From: Owenia fusiformis
Lineage: Eukaryota
DNA length: 64,000 nucleotides
Assembly: GCA_903813345.2 (NCBI GenBank)
Contig: CAIIXF020000001.1
Location: 17,670,001-17,734,000 of the forward strand
Direction of reading: 5' to 3'
Below the pieces are notes generated by a model that was given only the letters and a program-made list of their open reading frames with translations, had not been told where the DNA came from and did not search any database. Positions within the stretch are counted from its first letter, which is position 1. Each line of letters begins with the position of its first letter. Shown here piece by piece: positions 29,101 through 38,933 of the stretch. The position numbers were made by a program, and so were the translations under genes.

Positions 29101-30999
29101 ACAGCAAAATTTAGATCGTCGTCTCCAGAATTTTAGGGGTTAATTTGCAAAACTTTAAATGGTCCCATAGAAACATATGCGAAATATGGCTAAATTCGAC
29201 ATATTTCTCGAAATTCACTAATAAATGTGGTTGATATTAGTGTCATGGTTGACTGAATATGCATTTTATTCAATATGAATTTTAAAGTTCGGGGTTTTAT
29301 GAAGTGATATGTACATTTTTGCTCAAATCCCCTCAGCACTTTTGATTCTATAGGGTTCTCTTGACCCCTGGGGTCATTATATTTTGTGACAATTTATTCC
29401 AGACTAAATGTAGTTATTTTGTCATTAAAATATCTTATTAGAGAAACGTTCAGGAAAAGTTGCGCTATCCACAAGACTTCTTGTCACTGCACTGATAAAT
29501 GTAGCAAAATAGTCAAAATAATTCAGCCTTGAGCATGAAATTTTTGAATTTTTGGACAAATTTTGGGCTATTTTGGGGGATTTTTGCCCATAACGATACT
29601 AATCTACTTAAAACAGCTGTTTAAAGTTGTACAAATTGCTTAAGTGATTTATATTCTCTCATAAGTAGGACTATTTGCTACTTTACTAAACTGAACATCA
29701 TTGATTTTTCGTTTTTCATGAACTTCTGATGGCTAGTTCAAGTAGCATTGTCTTTTGTGCAGGTTTACTGAATACGTCCCTTTAAAATTGGGTCTTTCGT
29801 GGGTTTAGAGGGTCAAAATATTGGAACTTTGCACACCGTGGAACGTTTGGGGTGTGTTTCCTTTAATTTGGCAAGAACTGCATCAAATTACTTGATAAGA
29901 GAGCAGAAATGTAGCAATTTAGGCTGAAAAGTACTGTTTTCAATGAAAAAACGAAAATTGCTGACACAGCAAAATTTAGATCGTCGTCTCCAGAATTTTA
30001 GGGGTTAATTTGCAAAACTTTAAATGGTCCCATAGAAACATATGCGAAATATGGCTAAATTCGACATATTTCTCGAAATTCACTAATAAATGTGGTTGAT
30101 ATTAGGTAGAAAGCAACTTACTTTTTCACCCATTGGAATACATGTAAAATTGGCAAAGTTCAAATCATAATTTCTCAAATCCCAGCCCATCGAATCCTCA
30201 CATCCATTCAGATCATGTAGTCCTATTCAAAAACTTCCCGTTCGGTTATATGGTGAAAAAAATATCCCACGAACGAAAAAAGATTTTGCTACATTTATAA
30301 GCGAGCATTGATTTCTGGGCCTGTAAAAAGCACGTAGGACCTGATTACCCCATTGATTTACTGAGACCGCCAAAAATTTAATTCAATTTTTTGGTTCAAA
30401 ATAATAATCTGTCAGCGGTCCCTGACACTCCTACTAGCTATCACCAAACATTAATTGCCAATACATGTACACATATACGTGCCATACATCTACAAAGTAG
30501 CGAACTAGTGTATTAAGTACTACTTTTCCTATACGATGAGCAAAACAAATCTCAAGTAGGTTATATTGACCCGTAGAAAGTCATTAATCACACATCTGGT
30601 GTTCTTGCACATGCGTAGTGGTAATAAAATCTGTCTTAGAAAATATGGCTGTGGTGTTTGAAGGCTATGTCATGTTGTCTGGTAAGCTTAAAATCTATGA
30701 TTTCTACCAACATTTCTCTGTCTAAACTTATTACCTTATTATCTTATGATATTAAAGACTTGCTGAAACATATTTATTTGGTCATTATGTTACTATTTTA
30801 AAGGTATCAGTTAATATGAAATAGATATTTTTTGCATTTTTGAGTGTACCTTTACATCATATTTTCTATATTTTCCTACTTTTTTACTTCAGAACTTTTT
30901 TCACAGTGAGAAACAATGGGGTATTATGAAACAATATCACTTCAAGAAAAGTGTACATTATTTTTTTTAAAGAAGATATTGGCATTTTAATTGAGTAGG

Positions 31000-33900
31000 T
31001 TGTATTGTATATCTTTATTGCCCATAATAAAATGGAGATACAATTTATATTTACAGTGATGTAAAATAAAAGTACAAAATGATGACAAAATTATATACAT
31101 ATTAGACTATAAAAACTATTCAATGAGCAAAATGCTCGTACGGTTGAGTCAGGCACTGTAAGTGTCTCAAACACAGTCACTGTTAGACCGTGCTTTATAT
31201 TGTTTGAAAATAATTTGTGATATCTCTTTTAAGAGAACAATTGCATTTGGATTTGGCACAACATTTATTCCAAGAATTGTATTGAACGAAAACTCGAAAT
31301 TGTGCTTACTAAAACATTCCTTAAGTTCTTGCCTGTATATGGAGTATTGTGCAGCAGAGCAATGCATTAAGAAATGTTCAACCGTCTCTAACTGGAATGA
31401 GTTACAAAGTTTACATCGTTTACACTGATCTTCACCTCCTCTATTCTTATAGTTTAAGTTGTGCTCACCTACCAATAGTCTAAACATTAGTTTACAAGAG
31501 TCTGTTGCCCGCGGAAAATTTTGAGCAACGATCCACCATATATTAGGATCCAATGTAATACAAACATTTTTTCTAAAATCTGCAAGACTGCTGTACATGA
31601 TTGACTGAATAGACGTTCTATAAATTTGGCTGTGTGAAATATTGGCGAAAACTAATCTTTTCCATTGGCCTTTACTTATCACAATATTACAATCTAACAT
31701 ATTCTGAATAATCTCTCTAAATCCAAACCTCATAGCACATTGCAACATTGATGCCATGGGTGAAAATATTTTGGTATTTTTAAACCCTTCATGTAAGAAT
31801 TTTGTCAAACGTACTACAAGTAATCTTTTGTAAACATTCTTATATGATAACTGAATAAGACTCCACAAGAACATCATTCTTAAAAAATCTATATACAAGT
31901 CGATGTCTAACCACCCTAGGGTCACTGTAGAAATGGAATTGCTAGCAGATCTAGGCAAGGACTGGATCCTTCGCCCAATATCACGTTGTGTTTTATTAAT
32001 AGTTTCAATGTCCTTCTGCTGATAATTCACAACTGGGGCAGCATAGGTCATACATGGAATTGAATAAGTTTTATACAGTTTAGATGCAGAAATAGGAGTT
32101 AAACCTCCACATTTATTTCCAATACCAAGTAATGAGTAAAATTGCTTTCTTCCCTTAGAACATTTTTCTTCTACATATGTTGAGACATCATTCTTGGAGG
32201 ACAGAGGTACACCTACATGTACTTGATAATCTGATTTTTCAATTGCCTCACCTCCAATACTCAAACTGTGATTAACATGTAAGTTTTTATTGTCATTAAA
32301 GGTCATATATGCACATTTTTGTGGATGGACTTGGTACCTCCATTTGTTGCTATGATGTGTAAGATGATTTAGAAGGGTTTGCATTGACATATATGAGTTT
32401 GACAGAATACACATATCATCGGCGTAACATGGACACACACATTTGATATCTGCTACAGATGCACCGGTATGAACTTGCATCATAGTGTCAATTAAATCTG
32501 ACATATACAATTGGTAAAAAAGCATAGAAAGAACCCCTCCCTGGTGTACTCCTTGTAATACAGAGAAGGTTTCAGAGCATATTTGGCCTACCATTACAGC
32601 ACATTCATACATTTTATAGCTAAGGTACAATATTTTCCATAAATGGCCTCTAATACCGCAGTCGTACAGTTTAACCAGGAGACCATCTATCCACACTGTA
32701 TCAAATGCCTTTTTAATATCACATATTGTAATAATTAACATTTGGCCTTGTTCAACATTGTGAGCTATCGTTTCTTGTACCAACAAGGAGGTATGAACAC
32801 TCGAGCATTTTTCAATAGACGCACCTTGGAGAAATGGGATAGCCTTTACAATTGGAGTTTTAATACGTAATAAAATAATGTTATCAAACAGTTTGCGTAA
32901 CATGGTCATTAAAGTAATGCCTCTCGAGTTATCTCTGTATAAGGGGTCTTTCCCCTTTTTACTTAAAGGAATCATAATCCCAATACAGAAATTTTTGGGA
33001 ATGCATTGTGCATTAAAAATACTATTAAACAGTAAAGTAATTGTCTTAACCATCTCATCACCTGCATACTTTAAGTGTTCGGCAGTGAGCATATCAAAAC
33101 CACAAGCACGTCTGCAATGAAGTGCTTTGATAGCAGTCGTCACGTCATCTTCATCGATCTGCTTGAAGCCATAATCATTATCTATGTTCGAGTGCTCATT
33201 CAAAATTACATTTAATCTTTCCTCTGTTTCAAGTTTAAAAGTATCATCAAAGGAAGGATTAATTAAAGGAGTAGCTAGGTTTTCAAAATGAATTTTCCAT
33301 TGGTTTCGTATTTCGTCTACATCAGTTACTACTTTTCCGCCATCTGACATAACTGGGCTTACTGGTCTTTGAGCTGTCTTTCTGTTCTTGTTCAATACAT
33401 ACCAATAAAATTTCTGGTCAGTCTGCTCTGAACTGTACAGCTTCTGCAATTCAGCTTGTTCATATTCTACCTGAGCATTATAATAAGCCTTATTAAAGCG
33501 TTTTTTGGCATCTTTGTACCGTCTACGAAATTGATTAGTGTGCTCTCTAGGCCGCCCATTATCTACCCATGCTCTCCAAAAATATTTTTTCTCCTTAACC
33601 ATAACCGTTAGATCATTGTTCCAAAAAGGCTTTACATAGGCACGATACTTTCGTTTTGGTACGTGGGTTTCTGAACACTTAACCATGACATCTATTATCT
33701 CATTAGTACATAGTTCAATATCATTTTCTTTTAAGAGACCATTAGACGATTTAGAAAAACCATCAACTATTAATTTACATGACCCATTAACAGAGGCTGT
33801 GTACGTGCTTTTAATTTCTGTGTCATTTAGCTTATCCCAGGCTATCCCTTTAACAGCAGGTTTTGCATTTGTTATTCTTGGCAGTGCGATACAATTAATA

Positions 33901-34340
33901 GCAATAACAGTATGTAAAGGCAAATGATCAGACGAGTTATCTGGCTCGTCATTGATAACGTGACATCTCAGTATTCCGTCAAGAAGATCTGACGATACAA
34001 TAAAATGATCAATGTAGCTGACATAAACGGTATCGTTCCTTACCATTTCAAACGTATGACACGGACCAGTAGTCATATTGCACATATCAACTGCAGTTAA
34101 AGCATTGTGAGTTAAAAAATCATACAATTTAAGCCCATTCGCAGATGCGTTGCCACTACCTCTGCTGCCGCAAAGTTGACCTAGATTTGCATTTGTATCT
34201 CCAAGTATGACCACGGATCCATTTACACTTACCTCCTGAACGTATAATTCTAACGTATAGAGAACATCTTCATACAATTCAGAAGTGCAATTCTGCTGAG
34301 GCAGATATACGGAAAAAAACATATAAAGGGGCTCTATTAT
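31000..34340 (-). mobile_element. 5'-truncated non-LTR retrotransposon (LINE, APE-RT type; clade not determined)
   Basis: Long RT ORF, about 150-bp 3' UTR, AATAAA (plus-strand TTTATT 31014-31019) and a short (TACAA)2 tail at 31000-31009. The endonuclease begins mid-domain, so the 5' boundary is approximate. Confidence 0.92.
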
Positions 34341-34427
34341 TTGGTGTTGGCCAAAATTGATATTTTTAACATTGGTTTGAATAAGCAACTTTGAGCTGTT
34401 ACTCACAGAAAACAAGTGATATATCAA
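31167..34427 (-). CDS. LINE ORF2: C-terminal half of AP-like endonuclease, reverse transcriptase and C-terminal CCHC knuckle (first ~30 aa probably read-through from flank, no true start)
   Basis: APE motifs SVYLP, LGDTNA, SYIDHF, SDHLP; RT motifs NSRGITL, DIKKAFDTV, GVHQGGVLS, YADD; CKLC-x9-H-x4-C; no stop in more than 1000 codons. Confidence 0.93.
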   Translation of the reverse strand: MIYHLFSVSNSSKLLIQTNVKNINFGQHQIIEPLYMFFSVYLPQQNCTSELYEDVLYTLELYVQEVSVNGSVVILGDTNANLGQLCGSRGSGNASANGLKLYDFLTHNALTAVDMCNMTTGPCHTFEMVRNDTVYVSYIDHFIVSSDLLDGILRCHVINDEPDNSSDHLPLHTVIAINCIALPRITNAKPAVKGIAWDKLNDTEIKSTYTASVNGSCKLIVDGFSKSSNGLLKENDIELCTNEIIDVMVKCSETHVPKRKYRAYVKPFWNNDLTVMVKEKKYFWRAWVDNGRPREHTNQFRRRYKDAKKRFNKAYYNAQVEYEQAELQKLYSSEQTDQKFYWYVLNKNRKTAQRPVSPVMSDGGKVVTDVDEIRNQWKIHFENLATPLINPSFDDTFKLETEERLNVILNEHSNIDNDYGFKQIDEDDVTTAIKALHCRRACGFDMLTAEHLKYAGDEMVKTITLLFNSIFNAQCIPKNFCIGIMIPLSKKGKDPLYRDNSRGITLMTMLRKLFDNIILLRIKTPIVKAIPFLQGASIEKCSSVHTSLLVQETIAHNVEQGQMLIITICDIKKAFDTVWIDGLLVKLYDCGIRGHLWKILYLSYKMYECAVMVGQICSETFSVLQGVHQGGVLSMLFYQLYMSDLIDTMMQVHTGASVADIKCVCPCYADDMCILSNSYMSMQTLLNHLTHHSNKWRYQVHPQKCAYMTFNDNKNLHVNHSLSIGGEAIEKSDYQVHVGVPLSSKNDVSTYVEEKCSKGRKQFYSLLGIGNKCGGLTPISASKLYKTYSIPCMTYAAPVVNYQQKDIETINKTQRDIGRRIQSLPRSASNSISTVTLGWLDIDLYIDFLRMMFLWSLIQLSYKNVYKRLLVVRLTKFLHEGFKNTKIFSPMASMLQCAMRFGFREIIQNMLDCNIVISKGQWKRLVFANISHSQIYRTSIQSIMYSSLADFRKNVCITLDPNIWWIVAQNFPRATDSCKLMFRLLVGEHNLNYKNRGGEDQCKRCKLCNSFQLETVEHFLMHCSAAQYSIYRQELKECFSKHNFEFSFNTILGINVVPNPNAIVLLKEISQIIFKQYKARSNSDCV

Positions 34428-36536
34428 AGGAAAAAAATAATGTAGAAAATTGATTTAGATGAGCAGAAAGAGGAGACTTTTAAGTACAAATCCATCAAAA
34501 AATTATAGGATTAAAAAAGTAGAATCAATTAGATAAGTGACTTTTCATGCAAATGAGTACTAAAATTAAAATTTTATTTATGTACAAGTGTTCCATTTAC
34601 AAAAGATAGATACAATGGAATGTGTTAGAATTCGGTTGATTATGATTGGAATTTGTAAACTTTTTTTACATCTATAAATTACTAATTGATCATTCTTTTT
34701 AGTTATTGCAAAAGTTATAGTTTCTAAGTAAGTTTAAACGATTAATAACATGAAAAGTGAATGCGGTTTAATTAACCAAAAGTGGCTATAGCATTAACTT
34801 TCTACAGTGGAAGACTGTTTGACCTACTAGTAAACACAGCTAAGAACTGGATACAAGGCTAATTAATCAAAACAAGCTTGACAAGCGAACTGCCAGCTCA
34901 GGTTTACAGTGACAGTGACAAAATATACTGTCGTACACTTTAGATGTACGGTGTCACTATTTAACTGATTTGCAGCGAATTGTACGTTGTCGATGGTGAG
35001 GCGTGTCTCCTGCTGGTGCAAAACAAAAAAAGAACGTTCATATTTTCAAATGTCCAACAAAACTTCATCAATTAAGCATGCGTGGCGAGAACAGCTGGCA
35101 GTTGCAAACAGAGCTACATTATAATGATCGTGAAGATTCAACCAAATACGTATTTCACTGGTGGAATATTATAAATTCTCCATAACATATTACCTAGCAT
35201 TCAAAGATACGAAATAAGGAATTTAGCAAGACCAATGAACCATTGTGACATCTATTTACTTTCACTTTCGTATCCTCAAACAATGGTTTACAGAGTACTA
35301 GCTTAATAAAAATGTACTATCACACACATGAGCATTCAAAAACAATTGTAATTCACAACTCTAAAGTAGAAGGCATCGTCATTTGAATTCAATTAATAGA
35401 AGGTAATGAGCTAAGTAAGTGCTTTTTGCAAAAAAACAAAAACAACACTTAACAACAGCACTTATCAAAAACATCTCACACAACCAAGTATTTAGAGATG
35501 TATCTAAAGGAAAAACGATTCTCGATCTGTTGGTTGCATGGTTGCACAACCTACCAAAACATGATATTAGTAGAAGGCAGCTTGTGGCCAGTTGAGCTAA
35601 CGTTTATAGAATGTCGTGAGCTGGGTTAAATGTTTTTATTCACACGGGTTCATAACCAGAGTAAACTAGGAATAATATTTTTTGTTTCCTTGATAAGATT
35701 AAAAAACAATTGAAAGACTTATTGATATATGATGATATCCTCAACATTCTTTTTCATCTTTTATCAGATTTTATAAATGATGATTTTACACACAAGAATG
35801 TTTGATTTGCAGATATGCTGACTTGACCTTTACTAGGTCACGATGACCTCAATAACACTTAGGATGTACCTGAACACTATACCATAATAACTCCTTACTA
35901 AATAATACAATATTAATGGTTATGAATGTTCTGGGGGCACTTTTTATATATCATCTGACTGAACATTCTGTCAAAGTGAGTATAAATCATTCGTTAAAGA
36001 TATCCACCGACTCCATAAGTATTACTGATCATGACGCCTTTTTCCCTTGGCTCGATTATTTGTTTTTTGACATAATCAACATATGTCATCATCATAGTGT
36101 ATTTGCACTAGACCAGGATGTAGAAGAACAATATTATGGATTGATAGAACAGTCTGGATATGCAAAATGTGAACCGTCATTTTTTATTAATATAACCATG
36201 AGCGTAGCCGGGGGGGGGGGGGGGTGCGATGCGATCTTACTTAAATGGTCTATTATAGAGACATAGTATGTATATACTTCTTACCCTATTACTATTGGAA
36301 CGAGGGCCCAAAAACTACCTTGATACAATTTTCTTGCATTATTCAGCTTTTTGAGTAGAACAGACAAGCCACTGTCAAAGTATGTCTTCACCTGTCGATA
36401 TCAAATGAAGCAATAACAGGCATTTCAAGAAAAAAAATCATTTTTCGTCATTTTGCTTTCAGCAATATCACATCCATTAATAATTCGAGAAAAATAAAGC
36501 ATATTGGTTATTCTATCTATCCTGACATACCTAGTA

Positions 36537-37621
36537 GGGGAGAGTGGGGTAAGACGGAACGAAAATCTACACCTATCTTTGATAGGCTACTGTTCATTAA
36601 ACATTGGTTTCCTTGAAAATGTCTATAATATTTTACAATGCTACTGAAAATGATTTTAAAATTAATTTATATTATCCATACAAACTATTTCATATCAAAT
36701 CCGTCTCGCGTGTCAACAGGTTCACCTTTACCAGGCGTGGTGTAAGACGGAACAGGTGGGGTAAGACGGAACGGTTGATATTATTTGAAGGAAATCTAAA
36801 TAAAATTATTTTAAGTTCAATAGCACACGTGACAGTGTTTTTCTAACATAACCAATATGGAACAATTTTCCAAAAAGCACTTGGTACCCATGTAAAGATG
36901 CATGGTACAATGTTTAATATATTTTGAGTTTAAGAAAAGTTAACACAATGATCTACCTGTCGACTATTCTCATACACAGATCAACACTAGGTGGGAAACG
37001 TCTTATCTTTGCATTAACACATGAAAAGTTTCCAAATTAGTGGGATGACATTGACCTCATGTCTCCTAATCATGGGTCGCCAAGGGTCATAGCACCCTCC
37101 AAGGTCCTCGAAACGGCAAAAACCGAAATGTTGACCTTTGACCTTGAGATGACCTTGACTCATAAACCTTGACCTTGACTTCAGGTCACGTTATTATGAG
37201 TTGCCAAGGGTCACTGCAGCCCTCTAGGACCTTGACCTTAATTCACTAAATCATGGGTCACAGAGGTTCACAACAGCCCCATTGACTTTAAATCACCAAA
37301 TACCTAGATGATGACCATTGGCCTTGGAATGACCTTGACCTTGAAAATGGGGTAAGACAGAACGACCGTTCCGTCTTACCACCACCACGTGAATCTTCAA
37401 AATGTTGTCTGCTATCTACGGGCGACCAAAACCGTATGAAATGTTATAAGAATGGCTAAAAAGATATATCTATCCTTATCAAAAATATTACTTGCAGCCG
37501 ACGAGGAATTGGCAGTTGAATAGAAAAATTACGTGATATATTTTCAGCTACCATTTTTAAACAGTTTCTGTTTAAAAGCCACTATTCCGTCTTACCCCTC
37601 GTCCCGTCTTGCCCCGCTCTC
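36537..37621. mobile_element. Non-autonomous TIR DNA transposon (Tc1/mariner-pogo-like MITE)
   Basis: Left TA-GGGGAGAGTGGGGTAAGACGG, right CCGTCTTGCCCCGCTCTC-TA; several internal GGTAAGACGGAAC copies in both orientations; central cluster of TGACCTTG motifs; no ORF. Superfamily inferred from TA flanks only. Confidence 0.75.
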
Positions 37622-37872
37622 TAGTAGTTCCATCATGTCTCTTGTGTTACGCGGTAAACACGCAGACACGATACATATATCCCGCGAGTGAATCTGACAG
37701 ATTCACTTGAGGTGTATCATATTCTCACCCAACGTGACGTAACGTAACACATCTATCACTACACCACTACACAGAACTATATTCGACGGAAATTGATAAA
37801 GAAGATCGATCATTTTCAATCAAGTGTGTTGAGATGCGATATGCACTACTTTCTACAAAATTTTAGAAATTT

Positions 37873-38200
37873 TAGGTAATCGGTCTAGAGTTCTCAACTA
37901 GTAATCTGTCCGACTTCTTATAGATAGGGGAATGTTTCCAAGTTTCCAGCAGTTGAGAAACTGGCCACAAGCAAAAATCATATTAAACAATTTGGATAAC
38001 TGGGAGGCTTGTGCTTCCTGGGCTATTTTAGTCACTCTGTTATTAATTTAGCCAAGATCATGTGCTCTGTTGCGTTCTAAGGACTGGATTGTTTGAAGAA
38101 TTTCATCTGAAGTGGTTGATAAATGGTCAAGTGGTGTTCCAGGTCCATTTCGAAAATGTGGAAGTGCATCATCATCCACTAAGTTTTGAGTTTCTATGTT
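37873..38200 (-). pseudogene. Decayed CR1/L2-like LINE reverse transcriptase fragment
   Basis: Manual minus-strand translation: TSDEILQTIQSLERNRAHDLG*INNRVTK...LSKLFNMIFACGQFLNCWKLGNI / frameshift / PIYKKSDRLLVENSRPIT*, matching the LFN..G.FP..WK...PI.KK...NYRPI region of LINE RT. Confidence 0.8.
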
Positions 38201-38497
38201 TTGAAGATATGGAATTTTGTGGTCTGGAGATGTGGCTTCTTTGTACTAAGGAGTGAACCCTGCAGATAGAAATATGTGGCTAAGATGTGTGGCTAAATAG
38301 AGTTTTCAAGAAAATTGAACATTTGTCAAAAAGTATATTTCTCCACTAAAATGTTCCAAAATGTCCTCCAGTCGATTGTGTACACATTGTTATACAGAAA
38401 ATAGCAATTGCACCGAGGATCAACTGAAAACGAAGACATGGTGTGTTACGCTGTATATGGCATACATTCATGGTTGCGCGGTATTTGTGATACGGTT

Positions 38498-38933
38498 GGA
38501 TATGCCATACTCACCTGCGGTATATGGCATATTCCGCAGGTGAGTATGCGATATTCCGCAGTGAATATGCGATACATTGATTTCAGTGAATACCCGATAT
38601 GCCATATACCGCAGGTGAAAAGTTGATACAGAAAGCCTTGATTTGATTGGTTGCGAGAATCGACTCTAAATGTAAAACTACGCTGGATTACCAATATAGT
38701 TAGTGCGTCGAGTACTAATACATAAATCCTGGATTGATTGAGTAAGTTTATTACGAGAGATTGGTGACTGATACTTTTGCTAAGTTAATGAATTCGATAC
38801 ATAGTACTGTTGATTCAGTAATCATTATAATAATTTATAACGTTTTACTTGTTCGTTCAATCGATGTAATTGACAATTCCGTACTTCCGTATCACGTTCT
38901 CATTGGTTTTGTATGCCATATACCGCAGGTGAA
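38498..38933. repeat. Cluster of direct and inverted copies of TATGCCATATACCGCAGGTGA (probable TE relic)
   Basis: Inverted copy near 38511-38531; direct copies near 38528-38543, 38598-38618 and 38912-38932. Confidence 0.6.

Larger units (their letters stand above)
1..30572. repeat. Two-unit tandem satellite array: 30 x 865-bp unit A plus 10 x 473-bp unit B (first B partial); continues off the left edge of the window
   Basis: TATTAGTGTCATGG recurs at 361, 1226, 2091, 2956, 3821 etc. (period 865, or 866 with one extra A). B (TATTAGGTAGAAAG...TTGACCC) starts at 4687, 15542, 18611, 19949, 22152, 23490, 25693, 27896 and 30100. The ORF track has no entries here. Confidence 0.99.

Noticed and set aside
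1-30572. CRISPR-like or coding interpretation of the array
   Set aside because: No unique spacers, units are hundreds of bp and identical, there are no ORFs in the track and the context is eukaryotic.
30644-30930. Possible first exon ATGGCTGTGGTG...CTG|GTAAGC next to the array
   Set aside because: Both nearby candidate acceptors lead to stop codons within a few codons; no recognisable product.
31162-33927. Short plus-strand ORFs (88, 80 and 80 aa)
   Set aside because: Antisense shadows of the LINE ORF.
34340-34427. N-terminal extension of the LINE ORF as a real start
   Set aside because: Begins at a non-ATG codon and lacks the N-terminal APE motifs; best explained as open flank beyond the truncation.
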